Shown: positions 9,501-19,769 of the stretch, piece after piece
How positions within the stretch are numbered: the first letter of the stretch is position 1
Layout of the letters: the number at the start of each line of letters is the position of its first letter
Assembly: GCA_025927475.1 (NCBI GenBank)
Contig: JAICLL010000004.1
Span: 25,288-89,287, forward strand
From: Pirellulales bacterium
GTDB taxonomy: Bacteria > Planctomycetota > Planctomycetia > Pirellulales > JAICIG01
Length of the DNA stretch: 64,000 nucleotides
Reading direction: 5' to 3'
Position numbers and translations under genes: made by a program
Notes under the pieces: model-generated
The model's input: only the letters and a program-made list of their open reading frames with translations
What the model was told of the DNA's origin: nothing
Database searches by the model: none

Positions 9501-11147
9501 TCAACCGTCGCCGGAGTCGTCGATGCCAAACTCTTCGTCGAGCCAGCGTCGAACGGTTTCGTCCTCCTGCCGACCGGCTTTCTGTTGGCTGGCTCGCCAG
9601 TCGGCTTGCAACGTGGCGCGCAAGAGCCGCAACATATGCCAATCGAGCCGCTCACGCATCGGCCAAAGCTCGGCCAGCAACTGAGCCGACCGCTGGAATT
9701 CACCGCGCCGCGAGATCAAAATGCTTTGGCCCGCCAAGCCAAAGGCCCGCGTGTCGAGATCGTCGGAGCCGGCAAACGCATCGAACAGCCGCTCGGCTTC
9801 GTCCCAACGGCCTTGATAGAGATAGCGCCTCGCCAGTTCTTCCTCGGCCAGGCGAATCTCATATTCCGCGTCGGGAAAAAAACGTGCGACGCTTTTGAGC
9901 CACGCTTCGCTGCCGGTGGCCTTGGCGAAATAAAGCTGCTCCTGCGGCGAACTTTGCCTGGTGACCTTGGGCAGGTCGGCACCGCCCAGCAGGAACGGCG
10001 CTCGCGTGCTCCAGCCGAGCCAGCCGCCCAGCAACATGGCGGCCGAGCCGGCGGCGAGCCAGGCGGCCCGTCGTCGCCGGCGGCAACTCGCGCCGCGGGC
10101 CGCGGCACGCATGGCCGAAGTAAGCCGCTCGCTCGCCGCCACGTCGCCGATCGCAGAGGAGGCCAGCGACTCATCGAGCGCGGCAGGCTCGGTGTCGGCT
10201 GCGGGCAGCCCGGCGTGGCGCAGGTCCGTCAGAATGTCGCGCGCCTGGGCGTATCGCTCAGCAGGGTCTTTGGCCAACATCCGATGCACGATGCGGCACA
10301 GTGCCGGCGGCAGATCGGGCCGAAGCTGCTCGAGCCTGGCCGGCTGCGAGCGCACGTGCTGCATGGCCACGCTCAGCGCCGTTTCGCCCTGGAAGGGCGC
10401 CGCGCCGGCCAGCATCTGATAGCAAGTGACTCCCAGCGAATAGATGTCGCTGCGCGGATCGAGCGGGCGGCCTTCGATCTGTTCGGGACTCATGTAGAGC
10501 GGCGTGCCCATGGTCATGCCCACTCGGGTAGCGTTCAGCGAACCGTCGCCATCGGTGACGCGAGCCAGGCCGAAGTCGGCCACTTTCACTTCGCCGGTCC
10601 GGGCCAGCATGATGTTTTCGGGCTTGATATCGCGATGGACGATGCCGGCGGCCGATGCTTTGGCCAGCGCCGCGGCCACCTGCCGCAAAATATCGACGGC
10701 CTGTGAGAGCACGGGCGGGCCGGAGCGGGTCATCACCTCTTGCAGGTTTTTGCCGGCCACATATTCCTGGGCGATGTAATGGATGCCGTCGGCGCTGCCG
10801 ACTTCATAGATTTGCACGATGTTGGCATGCACCAGCGAGGCGGCGGCGCGGGCTTCGTTGTGAAAGCGCCGCACATAGCTTTCATCGGCGGCCCGCTGGC
10901 TTTTGAGCACCTTGACGGCCACCTGCCGGCCGAGCGACTCTTGATCGGCCAGATAAACCTCGGCCATCGCACCGCGGCCGATTCGCCGTAGCAATCGAAA
11001 ACCGCCCAGCCGGCGGCCGGTGAGATCGGCCTCGGGCGGGGCGTCGGCAAGTTCCGGTGACGAGTCGGCCATGCTTCGAGTATCGCCGCGCGCGGCGAAT
11101 TCGGCAATGCGTCGAGAGGCATGCTTGGCGGCGTTATCGGCAAACAT
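9501..11147 (-). CDS. Ser/Thr protein kinase with TM segment and TPR-like C-terminal domain
   Basis: Motifs GRGAMAEVYLA, VAVKVL, HRDIKPENIML, DFGLA and GTPLYMSPEQ, then TM AAWLAAGSAAMLLGGWLGW and a helical-repeat tail. An alternative start is Met26 (11072). Confidence 0.9.
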   Translation of the reverse strand: MFADNAAKHASRRIAEFAARGDTRSMADSSPELADAPPEADLTGRRLGGFRLLRRIGRGAMAEVYLADQESLGRQVAVKVLKSQRAADESYVRRFHNEARAAASLVHANIVQIYEVGSADGIHYIAQEYVAGKNLQEVMTRSGPPVLSQAVDILRQVAAALAKASAAGIVHRDIKPENIMLARTGEVKVADFGLARVTDGDGSLNATRVGMTMGTPLYMSPEQIEGRPLDPRSDIYSLGVTCYQMLAGAAPFQGETALSVAMQHVRSQPARLEQLRPDLPPALCRIVHRMLAKDPAERYAQARDILTDLRHAGLPAADTEPAALDESLASSAIGDVAASERLTSAMRAAARGASCRRRRRAAWLAAGSAAMLLGGWLGWSTRAPFLLGGADLPKVTRQSSPQEQLYFAKATGSEAWLKSVARFFPDAEYEIRLAEEELARRYLYQGRWDEAERLFDAFAGSDDLDTRAFGLAGQSILISRRGEFQRSAQLLAELWPMRERLDWHMLRLLRATLQADWRASQQKAGRQEDETVRRWLDEEFGIDDSGDG

Positions 11148-11258
11148 CTGACAAGCTGGGAGGAGAGCACGTCTGGCAACAGCTCTCCGGAAACCCTGGC
11201 ATGATCGACCGGCTTTGGGGCAGCTGTTTAACCTCAGATCCGTGCCGCAGCGTGCCGG

Positions 11259-13061
11259 CTAATCGGCCAGCGCATCGAGCGCCTCCCAGCGGTCGTAGGC
11301 TGCGACCAGTTCCTGCTCCAGCGCGGAGAGCTTGGCGTTGTCATGGGCGATCTCCGTGCCAGGGCGCTGATAAAACGCCGGATTCGACATCGCCTCGTGC
11401 AAATCGCGCCGCTGCGCCTCCAAAACCTCGATTCGCCGCGGCAGCGCCGCGAGCTCCTGCTTTTCCTTATGCGTCAGCTTCGGCGGACGCCCCGGTTGCG
11501 ATCTCGCCGCCTTGCTTGCCGCCGGCGCCGGCGAGCGTAGTGGCGCCGACCGCATCGGCGGCGGCCGCTGTAGCAGATAGTCGTCGTAGCCGCCGGCATA
11601 CTCTCGAACGGCCCCGCCCGCCTCGATTGCCAACGTGCTCGTCACCACGTCGTTCAAGAACGCTCGATCATGGCTCACCAGCAGCACCGTGCCCTGATAC
11701 TCTGCCAGCAGGCTTTCCAAGAGTTCCAAGGTTTCGATATCCAGGTCGTTGGTCGGCTCGTCGAACACCAGCACATTCGACGGCTTGGTGAACAGCCGTG
11801 CCAGCAGCAGCCGGCTGCGTTCGCCGCCCGACAGAAACTTGACCAGGGTCCGCGACCGCTCGGGCGAAAACAGAAAGTCTTGCAGGTAACCGAGAATATG
11901 CCGCGACTGCCCGTTGACGGTGATCGTCTCGTAATCGGTGACGTTCTCTTGAACGGTCCGCTCTTCGTCCAGCGTGGCCTTCAACTGGTCGAAGTAAGCG
12001 ACTTCAAGCCGTGTGCCATGACGCACCGTGCCCTGGCGCGGCGGCAACTCACCCAACAACAGCCGTAACAGTGTAGTCTTGCCCGAGCCGTTGGGTCCGA
12101 TGATGCCCACCTTATCGCCGCGCATGATCGAGGTGGTCAGCTCCTGAATGACCAGACGCTCGCCGTAAGCGAAGCTCACGTCCTTGGCCTCGATCACCAA
12201 TCGCCCGGACGCTTCGGCTTGCTGGGCCTCGATTCGCGCCACGCCCTGCACGTCTCGCCGTCGCCGCCGTTCTTCGCGCATCGCCTTCAGCGCCCGCACG
12301 CGGCCCTCATTGCGGGTGCGGCGAGCCTCGATTCCTTTTCGAATCCAGACTTCTTCCTGCGCGAGTCGCTTGTCGAACAACTCATTCTGTCGAGCCTCGG
12401 CGGCGAGCGCCGCTTCTTTCCGCTCAAGAAACGTCGGGTAATCGCAGCGCCAATCGAACAGCCGCCCGCGATCGAGCTCGACAATGCGCGTGGCCAGCCC
12501 TTCGAGCAAGGCCCGGTCGTGTGTCACAAAAATCAACGTCCCACTGAAACGGAGCAAAAAGTCCTCCAGCCAGCAAATGGATTCGACGTCGAGATGGTTG
12601 GTCGGCTCGTCGAGCAGTAGGATATCGGGCTCGCCGACAATGGCCTTCGCCAGCAAGACTCGGCGTTTCATGCCCGCGGAAAGCGACGAAAAGAGGGCGT
12701 CGCGCGGCAGCTCCATGCGTGAGAGGACAGCCTCGACGCGGTGTTCGGCGCCCTGCAACTCGTGTCCAGCCGCGCACAGGCTGGCGGCGACTTCATCGAA
12801 GATCGAGCCGCCCGTGCGCTGTGATACTTCTTGGGGCACCTCTTGCGGCAGCCGCGCCACGCGGAGCCCTTGCTGTCGAACGATCTCGCCGCCATCGGGT
12901 AAAAGCTCTCCGTCGATCAGCTTGAGCAGCGTGCTTTTACCTTCGCCGTTCCGGCCCAACAGGCAGACGCGTTCACCGCCATCGACGGTCCAGTCGACAC
13001 GATCGAGGAGCGGCGGTCCGCCGAAATCAAGACTGACTTCACGCAGGGTCAGGATGGCCAT
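11259..13061 (-). CDS. ABC-F family ATPase (Uup-like, C-terminal coiled coil)
   Basis: Start at the internal MAILTLREVSLDFGG (ATG 13061). Two Walker A motifs (GRNGEGKST, GPNGSGKTT) and two signatures (LSAGMKRR, LSGGERSR). No TM domain. Charged C-terminal helix. Confidence 0.9.
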   Translation of the reverse strand: MAILTLREVSLDFGGPPLLDRVDWTVDGGERVCLLGRNGEGKSTLLKLIDGELLPDGGEIVRQQGLRVARLPQEVPQEVSQRTGGSIFDEVAASLCAAGHELQGAEHRVEAVLSRMELPRDALFSSLSAGMKRRVLLAKAIVGEPDILLLDEPTNHLDVESICWLEDFLLRFSGTLIFVTHDRALLEGLATRIVELDRGRLFDWRCDYPTFLERKEAALAAEARQNELFDKRLAQEEVWIRKGIEARRTRNEGRVRALKAMREERRRRRDVQGVARIEAQQAEASGRLVIEAKDVSFAYGERLVIQELTTSIMRGDKVGIIGPNGSGKTTLLRLLLGELPPRQGTVRHGTRLEVAYFDQLKATLDEERTVQENVTDYETITVNGQSRHILGYLQDFLFSPERSRTLVKFLSGGERSRLLLARLFTKPSNVLVFDEPTNDLDIETLELLESLLAEYQGTVLLVSHDRAFLNDVVTSTLAIEAGGAVREYAGGYDDYLLQRPPPMRSAPLRSPAPAASKAARSQPGRPPKLTHKEKQELAALPRRIEVLEAQRRDLHEAMSNPAFYQRPGTEIAHDNAKLSALEQELVAAYDRWEALDALAD

Positions 13062-13125
13062 CAACTTGTTTTGAATGACGCACAATTGTCTCGGGATGCT
13101 CGTCGAGGCGGCAGCGAGCGATCCC

Positions 13126-13542
13126 TTACTCAACCCGCGCCCTCTGGCCTGTCGACGGGATGAAGGCAGCCGCCTCCGCGGCAAGTGTTTGAATGACTTC
13201 TCGATCTGCTGGCAGCTCAAAATTCGAGTTCGACGCGTGTGGATCCCAGCCTTCTCGATGAGCAAGACGAATCAGGCCGCACACAATCTCCGGCGTTATC
13301 TGAATGGCCGTTTCTCGCATCTTCTTAATTTCAGGATAGTCATGCCAAAATGATCGGTTCGTCAATCCGCGTACAAGGCAAACCGACCGACGCCCAAACT
13401 GCGCTCGGAGGGAAATTCGCAAAGGCACGTTCCCCTCTTGGTCAATCCCAATATCGGAAATTGATACAAGGTAGTCCCTGCCGTCGACCGTGTACGATCG
13501 GGTTTTTCTCGGCCCGCCATGTCTTCGAGGCGCTTTTGACAT
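13126..13542 (-). CDS. hypothetical protein (ORFan, lower-G+C patch)
   Basis: 138-aa ORF in a visibly A+T-richer stretch (13075-13560). The composition is protein-like (MSKAPRRHGGPRKTRSYTVDGRDYLV...ITPEIVCGLIRLAHREGWDP). No motif recognised. Confidence 0.5.
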   Translation of the reverse strand: MSKAPRRHGGPRKTRSYTVDGRDYLVSISDIGIDQEGNVPLRISLRAQFGRRSVCLVRGLTNRSFWHDYPEIKKMRETAIQITPEIVCGLIRLAHREGWDPHASNSNFELPADREVIQTLAAEAAAFIPSTGQRARVE

Positions 13543-13758
13543 TCAGGCCACTATAACCGGTGCGCTTCGGTCCCACACGCGGATGTACCAATTTAACGCG
13601 GTCGATGCCACCGCTTTCGGCCGCGGCTAGAGCAACAATCCGGATTAGCCGTGCGGCATCGCTTTAGCGGAAGGCGGGCGCGACCATTTCGACCTCGAGC
13701 CGCTGCCAAACGCGCAGTAGCGCTTCGCGCCGTTGCGGTTCGGCGTCGGCCTCGCGCA

Positions 13759-15240
13759 TCAATCTCGTCGCAATTGGTCGTTGCTGCACTCGATCACGCA
13801 CCGGGGCATTGCTGCGCTAAGCCGTGTGGCGCCTGCCCGCGTTATATGGGTACCGCTTAATCGGACTAATCCCAGCGATGGGGAACGGGCCAGTGCCTGG
13901 ATCGCGTCGTCGTCGATCAGACGACAGCCTTCGACGTCGAGGATAATTAACGTCGGCAAATCGGCGAGATGCGCGAGCCCCGCGCCCGTAATTGATGTAG
14001 CTTTTAGCTCGAGGTTCGCAAGCGACCGGTTGTTCCGGGCGAGCGACGCTAGGGCAGCGTCGGTCACCTTGGTGCCGCTCAAATCGAGGTTTCGCAAAGC
14101 AGATAAACCGACAAGGTTTGCAACCCCGGCGTCGCGAATGCCCGTTTCACCAAGGTGCAGCGACTCGAGTGCAGATAGATGGCTGAGGTGCTTTAACGAC
14201 TCGTCGGTAACTGGGGTACCAGTGAGCCACAGCTCCGTGAGAGAAGGTGGCAACTTCGCGAACGTCGCGCCGGTCACGCGCGTGTGAATCAGATCGACTG
14301 CTGTAAGCCAGGGCAATCCTCCCGATCGCCGAGTACGGCGATCGGCGACACCGTTCCAATTGAGAAACTGCAATCTTGGCCACTCGCTGACGAGCGCCAA
14401 CGAGTCGTCGTCGAAGTCGCCGCGGTTCAAACGTAGGTTCCAAATGCCGTCAAACCGCCGGAGCTTGCGAAGATCGCTCGAACGGAATTCCGGCGATGCG
14501 TTCCACCCTTCGAACTGACATAGCCCACGCGTGAAACAGCCCACGTTCAAGCGACGCAAGTTGGGGTGATTATCGCCATCCACGCGGCGCAGCCAGGCGA
14601 CGCTTTCCAGCGTAATTCCAAGGGGAATGCTCGCCATTACGGCCAACAGGGTCATCGTCGGCAAGGCCAAACGGCTTGCGATGCGTTGGAGACGGGTGGC
14701 CTCGCCGTTGAGAGAAAAGAACTTCGGCAAAAGTAGGCTGATCGCGGCCACGGCGGCGCCGTCGCACAAGAGGGTGGCGATGAAGGCGACCGGTTTGACT
14801 GGGCCGCTCGAGACGGCACCTACGGCGGCGCCACTGCTCAGGCCGACCATGACTGCCGCCACGCAGGCCAGCGTGATGATCGCCACACGCCGCGGCCCAA
14901 GCCAGGCCGTGAGCAAACCGGCAGGAGCGCCAAGGACGGCGCCCAGCAGCCAACTGTAATGGGCCGTCGCCACCGCCGCGCCGATTGGGCCCGTGAACGC
15001 TGCGGTGACGCGATTCCAACGAGATCCGAGCGCCGCACCCATCAGCGATCCGGCGAGTGCCATCATAAAGATCGTCGCCCACGTCTTTGCGGCGACGATG
15101 TCTTGCGGAAACCTGAACTCGAAGTTGTCGTCGCTTGTATAGGCCACCTCCCCATACAGCCGCACAGCGACGCCCAGCAGCAAGACGCTGATGAACAGGA
15201 CGGCGTTCTTGGACGAGACAGGTCGCGACATAGCGGTCAT
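13759..15240 (-). CDS. polytopic membrane protein with C-terminal leucine-rich repeats
   Basis: ORF 13759..15417. The likely start is Met60 (ATG 15240), because the longer form overlaps the upstream gene. It has about 7 TM helices followed by LRR units (LTELWLTGTPVTDESLKHL, LESLHLGETGIRDAGVANL, LRNLDLSGTKVTDAALASL). Confidence 0.75.
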   Translation of the reverse strand: MTAMSRPVSSKNAVLFISVLLLGVAVRLYGEVAYTSDDNFEFRFPQDIVAAKTWATIFMMALAGSLMGAALGSRWNRVTAAFTGPIGAAVATAHYSWLLGAVLGAPAGLLTAWLGPRRVAIITLACVAAVMVGLSSGAAVGAVSSGPVKPVAFIATLLCDGAAVAAISLLLPKFFSLNGEATRLQRIASRLALPTMTLLAVMASIPLGITLESVAWLRRVDGDNHPNLRRLNVGCFTRGLCQFEGWNASPEFRSSDLRKLRRFDGIWNLRLNRGDFDDDSLALVSEWPRLQFLNWNGVADRRTRRSGGLPWLTAVDLIHTRVTGATFAKLPPSLTELWLTGTPVTDESLKHLSHLSALESLHLGETGIRDAGVANLVGLSALRNLDLSGTKVTDAALASLARNNRSLANLELKATSITGAGLAHLADLPTLIILDVEGCRLIDDDAIQALARSPSLGLVRLSGTHITRAGATRLSAAMPRCVIECSNDQLRRD

Positions 15241-15367
15241 TGTCGCCCGAACGCAGCAAGGGTCAAGGCGTGCGCCATCGTTCGGATAACCGGTTGGTTC
15301 GGCGCGACACGCTGCCTCATTTCTCCGCTCCCAGCGCCTGTACTTCTTTTTCGATCTCCTGCCGATG

Positions 15368-16528
15368 TCACTTCTCAAGATTCGGCAACGCCTGCCGGAG
15401 TTGCGCCAGCCCGGCATCTGTGACTTGGACGAAAGCGAGATGAAGCTTCCGCAGCCCCGTCAGCGCTTGCAGGTGGGCCAATCCAGCGTCCGTCACTTGA
15501 GTGTGACCGAGATCAAGCTCTCGCAGCTCGGTCAGCGCTTGCAGGTGGACTAGCCCGGCGTCCGTGACTTGGGTGCCGCAGAGACGCAACACCTGCAACC
15601 TCGTCAGCCCATGCAGGCGGGCTAGTCCAGTGTCGGTGACCAGGGTGAAATCGAGATTAAGCTCTCGCAGCCCCCTCAGCCCTTGCAAGTGGGCGAGGCC
15701 GGAGTCCGTGACTCGGGTGCCATGGAGTATAAGCCATTCCAGCCCGGTAAGCCCTTTCAGGTGAACTAGCCCAACGTCCGTGACTTGAGCCTTAGCGAGA
15801 TCAAGCTTTCGCAGCGCCGTCAGGCCTTTCAGGTGGGCTAGCCCGGCATCCGTGACTCGGGTGAAACCGAAATCAAGCTCTCGCAGCCCCGTCAGCCCTT
15901 GGAGGTGCGCCACCCCGGCATCCGTGACGCGGGTGCAAAAAAGAGAGAGCTTTCGCAGCCCCGTCAGGCGTTGCAGATGCGCCAACCCAGTATCCGTGAC
16001 CTGGGTGAAACTAAGATCAAGCTCTCGCAGCCCCGTCAGCGCTTGCAGGTGAGCCAGCCCGGCTTCAGGGAATTGAGCGGATTGAAGCGAGACCACTCGC
16101 AGCCCCGCCAGCCCTTGCAGGTGCACCAGCCCAATATCTGTGACGTGGGTGTGGTTGAGATTAAGCTCTTGCAACCCTCTCAGGGCTCGCAGGTGGCGTA
16201 GCGCAGCGTCCCTGTTTTCATCGGAGTAAGTGAACAAAACCGATTGAACTTCATCAAAATCAAAATAGTCCTCCGGAAGCCAGCGTCCCAGCAGTGGCTC
16301 GCTGTCGGGTCCTTCATGGTCTGGCACGGCGTGTCGGACCCATCCGCCCAGTGCTTCAAGAGCGGTCACGGCCCGGCGCTGCCTCATGGCCGGCACGAGC
16401 AGACTCAATCCCACGCACAAGACGGTCACGACGACAAATATCGACGCGAGCGAGAACTGCGCCCACCGCCGTTTCGGCGTTAGCACGGCAACAAGCTTCG
16501 CAAGTGGCTTGGCCATGCCCACCAGCAT
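15368..16528 (-). CDS. single-TM leucine-rich repeat protein (11 tandem 24-aa LRRs)
   Basis: ORF 15368..16576. Probable starts are Met17 or Met21 (16528/16516). TM FSLASIFVVVTVLCVGLSLLV, then 11 copies of LxGLRELDLxxTxVTDAGLAHLQ. Confidence 0.85.
   Translation of the reverse strand: MLVGMAKPLAKLVAVLTPKRRWAQFSLASIFVVVTVLCVGLSLLVPAMRQRRAVTALEALGGWVRHAVPDHEGPDSEPLLGRWLPEDYFDFDEVQSVLFTYSDENRDAALRHLRALRGLQELNLNHTHVTDIGLVHLQGLAGLRVVSLQSAQFPEAGLAHLQALTGLRELDLSFTQVTDTGLAHLQRLTGLRKLSLFCTRVTDAGVAHLQGLTGLRELDFGFTRVTDAGLAHLKGLTALRKLDLAKAQVTDVGLVHLKGLTGLEWLILHGTRVTDSGLAHLQGLRGLRELNLDFTLVTDTGLARLHGLTRLQVLRLCGTQVTDAGLVHLQALTELRELDLGHTQVTDAGLAHLQALTGLRKLHLAFVQVTDAGLAQLRQALPNLEK
15383..16207. repeat. about 11 tandem 72-bp coding repeats (LRR units)
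   Basis: A periodic 72-nt DNA repeat is visible (e.g. recurring CGCAGCCCCGTCAGC..TTGCAGGTG..GCCAGCCCGGC.TCCGTGAC). It lies wholly inside CDS 15368..16528. Confidence 0.85.
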
Positions 16529-16587
16529 CCCGCGCCGGTACGGGGCGGGCAAGAGGGCGGCACGATCACACGACAAAATGCGGCGGA

Positions 16588-17033
16588 TCAGGGCGGTGCC
16601 GCCACGCCAGGATTCGGATGCAGCGGCGCGTCGACGATCGCGGCGTAGGCCGGCTTGCGCTGGTTGTTGGAGTCAAAGAGAAGCGGGTGCTGACCGAAGC
16701 GCCAACTGCGGCGGTCGTTGAGCCCCCAAAAAGTCACGCGTTCTACCACGTCCTTGTGTTTGATGAAGATCGCGAACAACCGCGCATAAGCATCCGACTG
16801 GGCCTTGAGATCCTGCGGCGAAGCGGGCGAGCGCTGATGCGGTTCTTCATGCGCTCGGTGACGGTCGCCTTATCGCCATCGCTGAAGAACCAGTTATTCG
16901 TCTGCGAATGCCAGACGAGCGTGTGGCCGTGAATGGCAATGTGGTTGTCGACGCACCATTGGACGAGGGCATCGGCGCGCTCGAAGCTCCACACGTCCTC
17001 ACTGGGATGAACCGGACCCGCTAGCTGGGAAGC
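16588..17033 (-). pseudogene. decayed GH10 endo-beta-1,4-xylanase
   Basis: Two out-of-frame fragments. ORF 16743..16994 gives HPSEDVWSFERADALVQWCVDNHIAIHGHTLVWHSQTNNWF. ORF 16588..16779 plus upstream codons gives [37 protein letters not shown]...[17 protein letters not shown]. The signal peptide, the first strands and about 150 central residues (including both catalytic Glu regions) are missing. An in-frame stop lies at 17034-17036. Confidence 0.75.
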
Positions 17034-17228
17034 TCAAGCTGCGAGTGGTCGACGGTTTGGCGACGAAAAGGAGTGAGAGTACAGTTACCGCCGAGACTGC
17101 AGGACTATGGATTTGGTTGACTTCGGAACTAACCTCGGTACATTGGCGATCAGGTAGCGACTTCGCTGCGGCCATCTTCCATCATTGGGCCGTTCCTTGG
17201 AGCGGGTGTTTTATCTCTTCGCGCACTG

Positions 17229-18338
17229 ATGTGGCCTTTCCGATTTAGACGCCGCGACATTGAGCATCGGCAGCCATTTCTTAAACGTAATCGTATCCCA
17301 CGTGAAGTCGCGCACCAGTTTTTGGCCACGTTCGGCATCACAAAGCCGACAAAGAGTTACGACCGCTCGCTCAAGGATGACGGATTTGACCCTGCGGAGT
17401 TTCGCGACGTAGTCGGGGAGAGCGAGTTTATTTTTAGGGTTGACTGGAAAGCGGCCCTGTCTGACGAGCTTCCGCTGATTGCCGATACTCTTGCCAAATT
17501 GAATGTCGACCTGAAACTCAGTCTTGAGGCCAATGAGGACAACGGCTTCGTCTCGTGCAATGGTCGAGAAGCCAAGGTCAAATACACTCCAAGTGACGAG
17601 GAGGATTTCACGGAAGTCATGGCGGCAATTCAGTCGATCGTGCCGGAAAACATCGAGTTCCGCGCGGCACCTGGCAACTCGCGGAGCGATACTTGGGAAT
17701 TCGCGGTCTTGCCGCGCGACGAGTGGGCCGATCTTGAAAAGCTCGATCGCGAGTTGGTGGGCAGTTTGTTCGTGCCACTTTCTGCGGAAGGGGATCTCGC
17801 TGATTTTCTCTCGAAACATGGAATCGGCATAATTTCGATATCACGGATTTGTCCGCCCGATGACCAGGACGCTGAATTCCTGCGGACGCCACGCCGGCAT
17901 TCAATCGATGAAATGATTTCACTGGCAGTTCCCGACGACTGGGAGATTTGGGAACCGTCCGACGATATCCTCTTGGCCGCGGCTGCTCCTGAAAACGGCC
18001 GAGATGAGATTCAGCCACATTTTTTCATAACGAAGGAACCCAACCAATGGGATTCATCACATGGATATATGATCGGCAGCGTCGTTGCATTGCGGAACCT
18101 CGACGGATACGCGGAACACGACATCCTTGAGTTTGACGTCGACGCGTGTGCGATTGCTTGTGTCTCGTACGATGCGCCTGCCGGCGAGTGGATCCTCACA
18201 AACCGTCAGTACATGTTCGTGCTGGATGATTGGGCCTACCTGATCACCTGCAAGATGTTGCCCGAACAGACGCCTCGCTGGGCGAACGTTTTTGACGCGA
18301 TTGTTCGTTCGCTTGAGTTGGCCGGTCGCGACTCCTAG
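17229..18338 (+). CDS. hypothetical acidic two-domain protein (C-terminal half possibly DcrB/DUF1795-like)
   Basis: 369-aa ATG-initiated ORF in a lower-G+C tract with natural-looking composition. The competing - ORF 17211..17819 looks like a shadow. The C-terminal pattern (AVPDDWEIWEP...HFFITKEP...YLITCKMLPEQTPRWANVFDAIVRSLEL) recalls the DcrB/PsbP-like fold. That assignment is a guess. Confidence 0.55.
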   Translation: MWPFRFRRRDIEHRQPFLKRNRIPREVAHQFLATFGITKPTKSYDRSLKDDGFDPAEFRDVVGESEFIFRVDWKAALSDELPLIADTLAKLNVDLKLSLEANEDNGFVSCNGREAKVKYTPSDEEDFTEVMAAIQSIVPENIEFRAAPGNSRSDTWEFAVLPRDEWADLEKLDRELVGSLFVPLSAEGDLADFLSKHGIGIISISRICPPDDQDAEFLRTPRRHSIDEMISLAVPDDWEIWEPSDDILLAAAAPENGRDEIQPHFFITKEPNQWDSSHGYMIGSVVALRNLDGYAEHDILEFDVDACAIACVSYDAPAGEWILTNRQYMFVLDDWAYLITCKMLPEQTPRWANVFDAIVRSLELAGRDS

Positions 18339-18401
18339 TGCAGCCTGGAAGCCGCGCCGAAGTCGGCTGAGCTGCGTGCCGTCTCAGCCGGCCGCCTGCC
18401 A

Positions 18402-18608
18402 GTGGCGGATGGCGTCGATGGGCCAGAGTATCGTCAGGAGTCGGAGTGGCTGGCCGTTCAGTCCGCCGGCGGTGGTGTTCGTTCGGTGCCCGAGCGAACG
18501 CCGGAAGAAAAAGCGGCGGCATGGCGCGAATGGGTGGCCCGCCATGCCGCGAATCCGCATGTCGCCGATGATAGCCGAGAGAGCATTTACGGCGACTGCG
18601 GCGAATGA
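18402..18608 (+). CDS. small protein with antitoxin-like tail (possibly a relic)
   Basis: 68 aa, GTG start. The C-terminus TPEEKAAAWREWVARHAANPHVADDSRESIYGDCGE resembles the tails of small PIN-associated partner proteins I recall from cyanobacteria and planctomycetes. No partner gene follows. Confidence 0.3.
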   Translation: MADGVDGPEYRQESEWLAVQSAGGGVRSVPERTPEEKAAAWREWVARHAANPHVADDSRESIYGDCGE

Positions 18609-18786
18609 GCGTCTAGCTGGATACAAAGGTCCTGACGCGCAGCAGCGAACCGGGATGCTGGGTTCAAGAGATGAGTTCAAGACACCCACGCGTTGGCTAG
18701 TCCTGGCGATAGTCGTGCATCGTGCATATACGCACGAAACCAACTCGGCGGCTCCGATCAAACTCCCATCACTCTCAAGAGGTTAA

Positions 18787-19761
<975 letters not shown>

Positions 19762-19769
19762 TCGCGGGC

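Noticed and set aside
11172-11198. GGAGAGC...GCTCTCC hairpin downstream of the ABC-F gene as an intrinsic terminator
   Set aside because: The stem is only 7 bp with no U-tract, so it is too weak to call.
15383-16207. Regular 72-bp repeats as a possible CRISPR array
   Set aside because: The units are contiguous with no unique spacers, lie in one open reading frame and encode canonical LRR units.
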